Origin: Minisyncoccota bacterium
GTDB lineage: Bacteria > Patescibacteriota > Minisyncoccia > UBA6257 > JAGOQP01
DNA: 53,709 bases
Direction of reading: 5' to 3'
NCBI GenBank assembly: GCA_041661795.1
Contig: JBAZTS010000002.1
Coordinates: 102,263-155,971, forward strand
Shown here: positions 15,806 through 24,694 of the stretch, piece after piece
How positions within the stretch are numbered: the stretch's first letter is position 1
How the letters are laid out: each line of letters begins with the position of its first letter
The notes under the pieces: model-generated
What the model was told of the DNA's origin: nothing
The model's input: the letters and a program-made list of their open reading frames with translations, nothing else
Databases searched by the model: none
Translations under genes and position numbers: made by a program

Positions 15806-17518
15806 ATGAACAATCCAGTACAAGAAATAAAAGAAAAATTGGACATTGTAGATATTATTAAGGAGCGCATCCCTTTGACTCCGGCTGGAAAAAATTTTAA
15901 AGCCGTTTGTCCTTTTCATAAAGAAAAAACCCCTTCCTTTATGGTTTCTCCTGACAGGCAAACTTGGCATTGTTTTGGTTCTTGCGGAGAAGGAGGAGAT
16001 GTTTTTAGTTTTGTGATGAAGTATGACAATATTGAATTTTATGAAGCGCTTAAATTGTTGGCTGAAAAAGCCGGAATAGAGTTAAAACAAATCAGTCCTT
16101 CTAGCCAAAAAGAATTTGGAGTTTTATTTGATATTAATAATTTGGCTAAAGATTTTTTTAGACAGCAATTGACGGAAAATCAGGAAGCCAATGATTATTT
16201 AGAATCAAGGCAACTTAACAAAGAAATATTGGAGGAATTTGAAATAGGATTTGCCCCCAACGCTCATGATGCGCTTTGTATTTATTTGGCCAATTTAGGA
16301 TATGACATGGTTGACTCCGAAAGGGCTGGTTTAATTTTCAAAAACGATAGGGGAACTTATCAGGACAGATTTAGAGGAAGAGTTATGTTTCCTTTGTATA
16401 ACACATTTGGGAAAGTAGTGGGATTTTCAGGAAGAATAATGCCTAAGCTTGAAAACGATAATATCGGGAAATATATCAATTCTCCGGAAACTTTGATTTT
16501 TAACAAATCAAAAATATTATACGGTTTTCATGTGACTAAACCCTTTATGAAAAGTGAGAACGAAATTATTATGGTTGAAGGCCAGATGGATTTTCTTTCT
16601 CTTTTTCAAGATGGCGTCAAAAATGCCGTGGCTGTTTCGGGAACTGCTCTTACTCAAGACCATCTTGGAATATTAAAAAGAATCAGTGAAAACATGATTA
16701 TAGGGTTTGATAACGATGAGGCGGGTTTAAACGCCACTCAAAGAGCTATAGATTTAGCTAACACCTTAGATTTCAATGTTAAAGTTTTTGTTTTGGAAGA
16801 AGCTAAAGATGCCGCAGAATTTGTATCTAAAAATCCGGGTAAGATCAAAGGACTAATAAGCAAATCCATATCGGCTCTTGATTTCTACTACAAGAGATTT
16901 TTTGAAAAAGAAGATGGTCAGGATTTAAAAAATCAAACAAGAAAGATGTTGGAAAAAATATCTCTTTTGTTAAGTCCGATAGAAAAAAGCCGATGGATAA
17001 AATATTTGTCGGAAAAAACCCATATTTCTGAAAAAGCGCTGTGGGAAGAGATGGATATGAGGAAAAAGAAAAGCTCTCAAACAAAACAATCTTTAGATGA
17101 GGTGCCGATTCAAACTGTTAAAGAAACAACCAGAATGGAAAAATTATCTTGGGAAGTTTTAACTTTAACTTTGATAGATAAGAATAAACTGGGGCTTCTT
17201 GATGATTCTCTTAGTTATTTCCCTGACCAAGCGGTGAAAGTCGTTGAATATTTTAAAAATCCTCAAAAGGATTCTGAGGTTTCTCAATTAGCGTCTGACC
17301 TAGAGATGAAAGCATCACTTAAGGCCGAGCAAGTAGATAAAGAAAAGCTTGATATTGAAATCGTCTTTTTACTAAGAGAACTAAAAAGAGAATTTTATAA
17401 AAAAAGAAGAGAGTTAATACAAGCTCAGATGAAAGAAAAAGAAAAAGAGGGGGACATGGAATCGGTGTCTAAACTTAACAAGGAATTTGACGAAGTAACA
17501 AAATTATCCGATAATTAA
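15806..17518 (+). CDS. dnaG: DNA primase
   Basis: Zinc finger CPFHKEKTPSF...HCFGCG, TOPRIM motifs EGQMD and GFDNDEAG. Confidence 0.92.
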   Translation: MNNPVQEIKEKLDIVDIIKERIPLTPAGKNFKAVCPFHKEKTPSFMVSPDRQTWHCFGSCGEGGDVFSFVMKYDNIEFYEALKLLAEKAGIELKQISPSSQKEFGVLFDINNLAKDFFRQQLTENQEANDYLESRQLNKEILEEFEIGFAPNAHDALCIYLANLGYDMVDSERAGLIFKNDRGTYQDRFRGRVMFPLYNTFGKVVGFSGRIMPKLENDNIGKYINSPETLIFNKSKILYGFHVTKPFMKSENEIIMVEGQMDFLSLFQDGVKNAVAVSGTALTQDHLGILKRISENMIIGFDNDEAGLNATQRAIDLANTLDFNVKVFVLEEAKDAAEFVSKNPGKIKGLISKSISALDFYYKRFFEKEDGQDLKNQTRKMLEKISLLLSPIEKSRWIKYLSEKTHISEKALWEEMDMRKKKSSQTKQSLDEVPIQTVKETTRMEKLSWEVLTLTLIDKNKLGLLDDSLSYFPDQAVKVVEYFKNPQKDSEVSQLASDLEMKASLKAEQVDKEKLDIEIVFLLRELKREFYKKRRELIQAQMKEKEKEGDMESVSKLNKEFDEVTKLSDN

Positions 17519-17540
17519 GCGCAACTAAAGTTGCTTATAT

Positions 17541-17636
17541 GATACCAACATACGAATGATGCGAATGATACAAATAATACGAAAATTTTAGTATCCATTT
17601 GTATCATTAGTAAAGTTAGTATATTAGTATCATAGT
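17541..17636. repeat. About 96-bp word-array element upstream of rpoD (copy B, paralog of 15706-15802)
   Basis: Aligns by eye end to end with copy A with few substitutions. Shares GCGAATGATAC...GTATCATTAGTAA-GTTAGTATATTAGTATCATAGTT. Ends 6 nt before the ATG at 17643. Confidence 0.85.
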
Positions 17637-17642
17637 TAATAT

Positions 17643-18938
17643 ATGAAAAAACAAAAGAAAAAAAGAAAGAAGACAAAATTGATTAAAAAAGTAAAGAAGA
17701 TTAAAAAGTTTAAAAAACATCTCCATAAAAAAACCTCTAAAAAGAAGGTTGTTAAGCGTGTTAAAAAACTTAAAAAGAAATCCAAAAAGAAACTTAAGAA
17801 AAAACTTAAGAAAAAAATCAAGAATTCTAAAAAGCCGATTAAAAAAATTTCAAAAGAAGTTAAATCAAAGTTTTTTGATGACCAGCAGATAACAAGTTTA
17901 GTGGAAAGGGGACGAGCCAGAGGTTTTGTTACTGACTCTGAAATTATTTCCGTTTTCCCAAATATAGAAAGCGACGTTAATTTTCTTGAAAAAATCTACG
18001 ACGAGCTGGAGAAATTTAATATAAAAGTTATTGAGGTCAATCAACTTATTGAACCAATACAGGGAAAAGAAGTTTCTCAAAAAGAAATAGAGTCCTTGGA
18101 AAGCTCCGATCTTCCCGATGCTGTTCAGATTTATTTAAAATCAATAGGAAGAACCGCTCTTTTAACCGGCCAAGAAGAAAAGGACTTGGCTAAAAGATCC
18201 GAAAAAGGAGACGAAGAAGCCAGACATAAACTTATTCAAGCCAATTTAAGATTGGTGGTTTCTATTGCCAAGCACTATGTAAATAGGAGCGCTAATTTAA
18301 GTATTTTGGATTTGATACAAGAAGGAAATATCGGTCTTTCTCGCGCCGTTGATAAATTTGATTACAGGAGGGGATTTAAGTTTTCCACCTACGCTACTTG
18401 GTGGATAAGACAGGCAATAACAAGAGCTTTAGCCGACCAATCCAGAACCATTAGAATTCCTGTCCATATGGTGGAAACTATTTCCAAATATACTCAAGTA
18501 AGAAGAAGATTGGCTCAGGAATTAGGGAGAGATCCTTTGGCGGAGGAAGTTGCCATTGAGATGGGGATATCGGTTGATAAAGTCAGACACATCCAAGAAA
18601 TTTCCCAAGAAGTTCTTTCTCTAGAAGCTCCGGTGGGAGATGATGATGAAAATTCAACCTTGTCTGAATTTATTAAAGATGAAAAAGGATTGACCCCGGA
18701 CCAAGTTACCGCTCATTCGCTTTTGAGGGAAAAAATAATAGAGATTATGAACGATTTGGCTCCAAGGGAAAGAGAAATTATCTCTATGAGATTTGGTTTG
18801 AATGATGGGGTAACTCACACTTTAGAAGAAGTTGGAAAGAAATTTGGAGTTACAAGGGAGCGTATCAGGCAAATTGAAGCCAAAGCTCTTGAAAAAATGA
18901 AAGACCACGAAAAATCCCGAGCGTTAGAGGAGTATTAA
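17643..18938 (+). CDS. rpoD: RNA polymerase sigma factor RpoD (group 1) with lysine-rich N-terminal extension
   Basis: Region 2 ([13 protein letters not shown]), region 3 and region 4 ([23 protein letters not shown]). The first 75 aa or so are almost pure K-rich low complexity. Confidence 0.92.
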   Translation: MKKQKKKRKKTKLIKKVKKIKKFKKHLHKKTSKKKVVKRVKKLKKKSKKKLKKKLKKKIKNSKKPIKKISKEVKSKFFDDQQITSLVERGRARGFVTDSEIISVFPNIESDVNFLEKIYDELEKFNIKVIEVNQLIEPIQGKEVSQKEIESLESSDLPDAVQIYLKSIGRTALLTGQEEKDLAKRSEKGDEEARHKLIQANLRLVVSIAKHYVNRSANLSILDLIQEGNIGLSRAVDKFDYRRGFKFSTYATWWIRQAITRALADQSRTIRIPVHMVETISKYTQVRRRLAQELGRDPLAEEVAIEMGISVDKVRHIQEISQEVLSLEAPVGDDDENSTLSEFIKDEKGLTPDQVTAHSLLREKIIEIMNDLAPREREIISMRFGLNDGVTHTLEEVGKKFGVTRERIRQIEAKALEKMKDHEKSRALEEY

Positions 18939-18957
18939 ACAATCTACATCATAATAT

Positions 18958-20805
18958 ATGAATTATTTCCACAAACTGCGGGAACAGTTTTTAGATTTTT
19001 TTAAAGAAAGGGGACACACCATAGTTAAATCCTCATCTTTAATCCCTGACGATTCCTCAGTTCTTTTGACGACCGCTGGGATGCAACAGTTCAAAAGATA
19101 TTACACCGGAGAGTTTAATCCAGAATCGGATTTTGGATCAAGAAGAACGACATCTTTACAAAAATGTTTTAGAACCAGTGACATAGAGGAAGTAGGAGAC
19201 GATACCCATCTGACGTTTTTTGAAATGATGGGAAATTTTTCATTTGGAGATTATTTCAAAAAAGAGGCAATTGTCTGGGGATACGAATTTATTACTAATA
19301 TTTTACAGATAAATCCCGAAAGAGTTTATGTGACTGTTTTTGAGGGAGATGAAGAGAATAAAATTCCCAAGGACGAGGAGTCGTATTCTATTTGGTATAA
19401 AGAAATTGGCATTCCCCAAGAAAGGATTTTTTACGGAAACAAAAAGGATAATTTTTGGGGACCGACAGGAAATGAAGGTCCTTGTGGTCCGACAACCGAA
19501 ATTTATGTAGCTCCGTCAGCCAAGGATGCTTTGGCGCAGAATGGGGTGGAAATATGGAATATTGTTTTTAACGAGTTTTATAAGACGCAGACTAACGCGG
19601 ATATCACGCAGATCAACGCGGAAAATAGTCAGCACAAGTCAGCGTCCAGTCGGCGTCAGTCCGCGGTCTACCGAAAGGTAGACACGCCGGGGATAGACAC
19701 AGGAATGGGATTTGAAAGATTATTGGCAACTTTAGAAGGAGTTGAAAATGTTTTTGAAACATCCGCTTTTGCTCCGATAATTAAATTGTTAAACGAGCAA
19801 GCCACTGGAATTTCACAAAGAGAATTAAGAATATTAGCTGACCACATCAGGTCGTCTTCATTTTTAATTGCCGATGGTATAGAGCCGTCAAACAAAGGAG
19901 CGGGTTATGTTTTAAGAAGGTTACTAAGAACAATAATTGCAATCAAGATAAAAAATGACATCCATTCTGATATTTTTGAAACTGGTTATAAAAAGGTAAA
20001 AGAAATGTTTGGAGAAATTTATCCGGAGATAAAAGATGAGAAAAAAATAATTGGTATCTGGCAGGAGGAAAATTCAAAATTTCAAGAAAGCATTAATAGG
20101 GGAATAAAGGAATTATCTAAATATAAGAATATATCCGGGATTGACGCCTTCTATATATACGAAACATTCGGGCTTCCATTTGAATTAACCAAAGAACTAG
20201 CTCCTCAGGAGGCGGTCAAAAACATTTCTTATGAGGAATTTGAAAAAGAATTTCAAAAACACCAGGAAGTTTCCCGAGCAGGAGTTGAAAAAAAGTTTGG
20301 AGGACACGGACTTATTTTGGACACTGGAGAACTTAAAGCCGGAAATGAAGAAGAGCTTAAAAAAGTTTTGGGATTTCACACGGCTACTCATCTTTTGCAG
20401 TGGGCTTTGAGAAAAGTTTTAAACTCAGACATTCACCAAATGGGCTCTGACATAAATTTTGAACGCCTAAGATTTGATTTTAATTTGGACAGAAAAATGG
20501 CTCCAGAAGAAATAAAACAAGTGGAGGATTTTATTAATGAACAAATAAATAAAAATCTTCCTGTATATTTTAAAGAAATGCCAAAAAGTGAAGCGGAAAA
20601 AGTAGCTTTGTCTTTTTTCAAAGAAAAATATCCTGATATTGTTAGAGTTTATTTTATCGGTTCGGAAGAAAGCGGAGGAGTGTTGAGCGCCGAGTTTTGT
20701 GGCGGACCTCATGTTGAATATACCGGACAAATTGGCAAGTTTAAAATATCCAAGGAGGAATCGGTTGGAAAGGGAGTGAGGAGGATTAGAGCAACAACCG
20801 AATAA
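18958..20805 (+). CDS. alaS: Alanine--tRNA ligase, compact form with no C-Ala domain
   Basis: N-terminal FLDFFKERGHTIVKSSSLIPDDSSVLLTTAGMQQFK, GIDTGMGFERL, editing-domain HTATHLL and CGGPHV. Only 615 aa. Confidence 0.9.
   Translation: MNYFHKLREQFLDFFKERGHTIVKSSSLIPDDSSVLLTTAGMQQFKRYYTGEFNPESDFGSRRTTSLQKCFRTSDIEEVGDDTHLTFFEMMGNFSFGDYFKKEAIVWGYEFITNILQINPERVYVTVFEGDEENKIPKDEESYSIWYKEIGIPQERIFYGNKKDNFWGPTGNEGPCGPTTEIYVAPSAKDALAQNGVEIWNIVFNEFYKTQTNADITQINAENSQHKSASSRRQSAVYRKVDTPGIDTGMGFERLLATLEGVENVFETSAFAPIIKLLNEQATGISQRELRILADHIRSSSFLIADGIEPSNKGAGYVLRRLLRTIIAIKIKNDIHSDIFETGYKKVKEMFGEIYPEIKDEKKIIGIWQEENSKFQESINRGIKELSKYKNISGIDAFYIYETFGLPFELTKELAPQEAVKNISYEEFEKEFQKHQEVSRAGVEKKFGGHGLILDTGELKAGNEEELKKVLGFHTATHLLQWALRKVLNSDIHQMGSDINFERLRFDFNLDRKMAPEEIKQVEDFINEQINKNLPVYFKEMPKSEAEKVALSFFKEKYPDIVRVYFIGSEESGGVLSAEFCGGPHVEYTGQIGKFKISKEESVGKGVRRIRATTE
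19585..19666. repeat. GC-rich inverted word array embedded in-frame in alaS
   Basis: ACGCAG/ACGCGG words at 19585, 19595, 19606 and 19616 (spacing 10/11/10). Centre AAAAT. AGTC(N)GC words at 19627, 19637, 19648 and 19658 (spacing 10/11/10), containing CAGCGT/CGGCGT/CCGCGG, roughly the reverse complement of the left words. Confidence 0.8.
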
Positions 20806-20825
20806 CGTATACCGTATACCGTATA
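20806..20825. repeat. Tandem CGTATAC heptamer repeat (about 3 copies) just after the alaS stop
   Basis: CGTATAC CGTATAC CGTATA at 20806-20825. Shares the TACCGTATA word with 12091-12118. Confidence 0.8.
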
Positions 20826-20836
20826 AAACAAAATAA

Positions 20837-22054
20837 ATGTCCAGATTGATAGAAAAAATAAAAAATTGGATAAAATTTCAAAAAGAGTCCAGAAAAATAT
20901 TGATGGTTTATTTTCTTGGTGACGGAGTTTTTATTCTAAAACTAATCTATCATCCGGCTCAAAAGACAGTTACTAAAACTGGAGAATTCTTTTTGTATGA
21001 CGTATCGGAGAGTAATTTTTCTAAAAACTTGAAATATAGAGCCATTGTTTTAACTTCTTTTTTCCCTTTTCCTTATTATATTATAGTTGGAGTTTCTCAA
21101 AATTATGGTTGGTCAAAATATACGACTATTGTTGGTAAAAAAATCAGCAAAAAAGAGAATTTGGACAACGGTGACATAGGAACGGTTTTTTCAGAAGAAC
21201 TCTGGAAAATATTGGAACTTAACAAAAAAGAGGCAATAAAAAAAATGGAAATAGATGAGGCCAATCTTTTACTGGCGGGAAATAGTTTTGTTAATATAAA
21301 AACCGATAAAAACAAGTACTCTATCTATCAAAACTCTTTTCCGGAAGATATCGGTGGTCATTATTCGGATCTTGGTTTATGTCAAACTTTTATAGATAGA
21401 AAGATTTTTAATGATTTGGAAAAAATTATTCCCTCCAGAGCCAAAATTTCGTCATTTTTTGAAAAGGATTTTTATTTTCCGCTTCACTTTTATCTACAGG
21501 AAAGCCAAAAAAAAGACAAATGTTCGGATAAATTTGCTGTTATTCTTATAAAAGAAAAAGAAAGTAAAATAATTCTTTGGGATAAAATATCAATGTTTGA
21601 TTACGATAAGATAAACTTTGGAGTTAGAAACGTCTATCAATCAATTAATTATCTATTGGGTATGGATAGGGATTCATTTGTTGAGCTTATAAACAAAATG
21701 GATAAATCTGATCTTTCCGATCCTGTTAAGAAAATATTTGAAAATATTTTTGTAAAAGAGTTGGGAAATCTGAGGAACGGAATTGCTTCCTTGAAAACAT
21801 CTTTAAAAATAAAAAACATCTACATAGAAGGGGGAATTCTAACTCCGATTTTAAGATTGGATAAAAGGATAGCCAACCTGCTTATTAGTCCGGAAATAGA
21901 CGAAAAAATAATAAATATGCCCAGTGATATTCCGGCAAAAATGCAAGCAGATATTCTTGCTAATCTGATTCTGTCCAAATCGGTGAAGTTTTTTGAACCA
22001 TTGCTAAAAATGACCAAGTGGCTTATTCCTCACCAGATGAAGGTCGTTAAGTAA
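20837..22054 (+). CDS. Hypothetical protein (possibly a divergent actin-like FtsA/PilM-type fold)
   Basis: Long intact ORF of 405 aa. The only weak resemblance is NIYIEGGILTPIL, similar to the C-terminal GG motif of actin-like ATPases. Confidence 0.45.
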   Translation: MSRLIEKIKNWIKFQKESRKILMVYFLGDGVFILKLIYHPAQKTVTKTGEFFLYDVSESNFSKNLKYRAIVLTSFFPFPYYIIVGVSQNYGWSKYTTIVGKKISKKENLDNGDIGTVFSEELWKILELNKKEAIKKMEIDEANLLLAGNSFVNIKTDKNKYSIYQNSFPEDIGGHYSDLGLCQTFIDRKIFNDLEKIIPSRAKISSFFEKDFYFPLHFYLQESQKKDKCSDKFAVILIKEKESKIILWDKISMFDYDKINFGVRNVYQSINYLLGMDRDSFVELINKMDKSDLSDPVKKIFENIFVKELGNLRNGIASLKTSLKIKNIYIEGGILTPILRLDKRIANLLISPEIDEKIINMPSDIPAKMQADILANLILSKSVKFFEPLLKMTKWLIPHQMKVVK

Positions 22055-22098
22055 ATAAAGGACTTTTAAGATATTGTTTTTTGGTATATAATTAAACT

Positions 22099-23460
22099 AT
22101 GGAAAGAGGTAAGAAAAAAATAATTAGAGTAGTTGATATAGTAAGAAATATTTCTTCTGGAAGCAGAAGAAATGATGTTTCTGATTTTAGAAAAATAAAA
22201 AGTGAGTCAGATGACTTAAGAATAATGAAAGAGATAGAATCGTCCAAAGTTGAGGATGATGATATTAAATTTGAAGAATCAAGGGAGATTTTCGAAAATA
22301 GAAGCAAGGGTAAAACAAAGAAAGGTAAAAAAATATTGTGGTTGGGAATAGGTCTGGCTGTCTTGGTTATTGCTTATTTTGTGTTGGCTTCGCTTCCTAA
22401 GGTGAATATAGAAATATTTACAAAAAAAGTGCCTTGGGAATTTAATGATTCAATTATCGTGAATAAAAATATCAACCAGATAGAAATTGACTCCAAACAA
22501 ATCCCGGGAGAAATTATCACTAAAAATGCCAATCATACTTTCTATTACACACCTAATGGAAAAAAATACGTAGAAATAAAAGCCAAAGGAACTATAACAA
22601 TTTTGAATAATTTTGGGACATCACCGCAAACTTTAGTGGCTACTACCAGATTTCAAACCAGCGATGGGAAGATTTTTAGATTGGTAAACAGCATAACTGT
22701 TCCGGGGGGTAAAATGGTTGATGGAAAGCTTCAAACGGGGACGATAGATGCTCAAGTAGTGGCCGATAAAGCTGGCCCTGAATATAATATAGGAGCTCAG
22801 GAAAAACTTACTATTCCGGGATTTTTGAATTCCGAGAGATACAACAAATTTTGGGGTAAATCAGATAAGCCGATGACTGGCGGGTCTTTAGGAGAAGGTT
22901 TGGTGGCTACTCAAGAAGATATAAAGAAAGCAGAAGAAAATTCCTTGAAAGAAATAAAAGATATAATTATAGGTTCAATTACAAGTAGTCTTCCGGAAGG
23001 ATTATCAAAACCTGTAGACGGATCTACTAGTTTTGTTGTTAAGAAAAAAGAAGTTATTAGCGACCTTAATGGAGATAATAAATTTGGATTTTTTGTTGAA
23101 GGAGAAGTGTCGGCTATTGTCTTTAAAGAATCGGACATTTTGTCGCTTCTCAAAAAATTGTCAGAAAAAGATAGTGTTCCGGAAAATTTCTTGGCTCAAA
23201 ATAACAAATTGGAATATGGTTCTCCCAGTAACGATTGGAAAATTGGCAAAATGACTCTTCCTATAAAATATAGCGACATTTTCTCTCCCAAAATAGATTC
23301 TCAATTGATTACTCAGGAAATACTGGGTAAAAATGAAGTGGACCTAAAAAAATACATGCTTTCTATAAATGGGGTGGATAAACTCAATGTTTCTTTCTGG
23401 CCGTTTTGGGTCGGTGATGTTACTAAAAATAAAGATAGGGTAAAAATAACGATTGAGTAG
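22099..23460 (+). CDS. Hypothetical membrane-anchored protein (possibly baseplate-J-like domain)
   Basis: 453 aa with one N-terminal TM segment (ILWLGIGLAVLVIAYFVLASL). The segment TITILNNFGTSPQTLVATTRFQTSDGKIFRL...VVADKAGPEYNIG resembles baseplate J-like patterns from memory. Confidence 0.4.
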   Translation: MERGKKKIIRVVDIVRNISSGSRRNDVSDFRKIKSESDDLRIMKEIESSKVEDDDIKFEESREIFENRSKGKTKKGKKILWLGIGLAVLVIAYFVLASLPKVNIEIFTKKVPWEFNDSIIVNKNINQIEIDSKQIPGEIITKNANHTFYYTPNGKKYVEIKAKGTITILNNFGTSPQTLVATTRFQTSDGKIFRLVNSITVPGGKMVDGKLQTGTIDAQVVADKAGPEYNIGAQEKLTIPGFLNSERYNKFWGKSDKPMTGGSLGEGLVATQEDIKKAEENSLKEIKDIIIGSITSSLPEGLSKPVDGSTSFVVKKKEVISDLNGDNKFGFFVEGEVSAIVFKESDILSLLKKLSEKDSVPENFLAQNNKLEYGSPSNDWKIGKMTLPIKYSDIFSPKIDSQLITQEILGKNEVDLKKYMLSINGVDKLNVSFWPFWVGDVTKNKDRVKITIE

Positions 23461-23478
23461 CCAAAATACAGTTATCCC

Positions 23479-23507
23479 TTGACTTTGGTTCAATTTTTTT
23501 TTATTAT
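23479..23507 (+). promoter_or_regulatory. Putative promoter of the infA / alpha operon
   Basis: TTGACT (23479-23484), 17-nt spacer, TATTAT (23502-23507). The -10 element ends 11 nt before the infA ATG, which implies a very short or absent leader. Confidence 0.45.
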
Positions 23508-23518
23508 CAACTTCACTA

Positions 23519-23731
23519 ATGCTCAACAGCAATAAAAACGAACAGGCAGAAGGAATCGTTGTAGAATCGCTTCCCTCGGCCATGTTTAGGGTGAAAGTCA
23601 ATGAAAAAATTGTATTAGGGCATCTTTCCGGAAAGATGAGAATTCACTATATCAAGGTTATGCCTGGAGACAGAGTTTTAATTAAATTGAGTCCCGACGG
23701 CAACAGAGGAATTATTTCAAGAAGATTATAA
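23519..23731 (+). CDS. infA: Translation initiation factor IF-1
   Basis: [17 protein letters not shown]...[29 protein letters not shown]1-like fold. Confidence 0.92.
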   Translation: MLNSNKNEQAEGIVVESLPSAMFRVKVNEKIVLGHLSGKMRIHYIKVMPGDRVLIKLSPDGNRGIISRRL

Positions 23732-23734
23732 ATT

Positions 23735-23848
23735 ATGAAAGTAAGAGCTTCAGTAAAAAAGATGTGTAACAGTTGTAAAACCGTCAGAAGAAAAGGGAAT
23801 ATTTATGTTATTTGTAAAAATCCAAAACACAAACAAAGACAAGGTTAA
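23735..23848 (+). CDS. rpmJ: 50S ribosomal protein L36
   Basis: Not in the ORF track (37 aa). Hand translation gives [37 protein letters not shown], in the canonical position between infA and rpsM. Confidence 0.9.
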   Translation: MKVRASVKKMCNSCKTVRRKGNIYVICKNPKHKQRQG

Positions 23849-23851
23849 AAT

Positions 23852-24235
23852 ATGAGATTATTAGGAATTAATTTACCGGATCAGAAAAAAATAGTCATTG
23901 CATTAACTTACTTTTACGGAGTTGGTAGATCTTTGGCTGAAAAAATAATAAAGGAAACAAAAATAGATCCGGATAAAAGGACTAAAGATTTGACTCCTGA
24001 AGAATCAAATAAAATAAAAAATTTTATAGAAAAGACCGCAAAAGTTGAAGGAGAGTTAAGGCAATTAGTTAAGACAAATATTGGTCGACTTAAGGACATA
24101 GGTTCTTATCGAGGCTCCAGACACGCCAGAAAACTTCCCGTTCATGGCCAAAGAACTAAAACCAATTCAAGAACCGTAAGAGGCAATGCAAGAAAAACAG
24201 CCGGAAGCGGTAAGAGAAAAGTTGATCTCAAGTAG
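23852..24235 (+). CDS. rpsM: 30S ribosomal protein S13
   Basis: LTYFYGVGRSLAEKI...GSYRGSRHARKLPVHGQRTKTNSRT. Confidence 0.95.
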   Translation: MRLLGINLPDQKKIVIALTYFYGVGRSLAEKIIKETKIDPDKRTKDLTPEESNKIKNFIEKTAKVEGELRQLVKTNIGRLKDIGSYRGSRHARKLPVHGQRTKTNSRTVRGNARKTAGSGKRKVDLK

Positions 24236-24249
24236 TATCAGCCAATATT

Positions 24250-24693
24250 ATGGGAAAGAAAAAAGTAATACAAAAAGTAGGAGGCGAACCGGTAGCAGAA
24301 GGCGCTAAACCAAAAAGCGCTGATTCCCAAAAACTGTCTTCAAAGAAGATAGAAATAGGCGTTGTTTATATAAATGCCACCTACAATAATATTCTTATAA
24401 CTGTAACCGACCAATCGGGAAATGTTTTGGCTTGGTCATCTTCTGGAACTTTAGGATTCTCCGGACCAAAAAAAGCCACACCTTTCGCCGCTTCTAAGGT
24501 AATGGAAACGGTTTTAGAAAAAACGAGAAAATCAGGACCTTTTAATGTTAATGTCATAGTCAAAGGAGTTGGAAGTGGAAGGGACTCGGCCATAAGAACC
24601 ATTGCCGCTCAAGGAATAAATATTCTATCAATCAAAGACGCTACGCCAATTCCACATAACGGTCCAAAACCAAAAAAAGTGAGAAGAGTTTAA
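24250..24693 (+). CDS. rpsK: 30S ribosomal protein S11
   Basis: VYINATYNNILITVTDQSGNVLAWSSSGTLGFSGPKKATPFAA. Confidence 0.95.
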   Translation: MGKKKVIQKVGGEPVAEGAKPKSADSQKLSSKKIEIGVVYINATYNNILITVTDQSGNVLAWSSSGTLGFSGPKKATPFAASKVMETVLEKTRKSGPFNVNVIVKGVGSGRDSAIRTIAAQGINILSIKDATPIPHNGPKPKKVRRV

Positions 24694-24694
24694 T

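Noticed and set aside
15706-17636. Possibility that the repeated intergenic elements form a CRISPR array.
   Set aside because: There are only two long copies, separated by a 1.7-kb gene. Within each element the repeated units are 6-nt words at 8-11-nt spacing, not 25-40-nt repeats with unique spacers. No cas genes are present in the window.
17636-17821. Minus-strand 61-aa ORF rich in Phe/Leu.
   Set aside because: It is the reverse complement of the lysine-rich (AAA/AAG) N-terminal coding region of rpoD, so it is a composition artefact.
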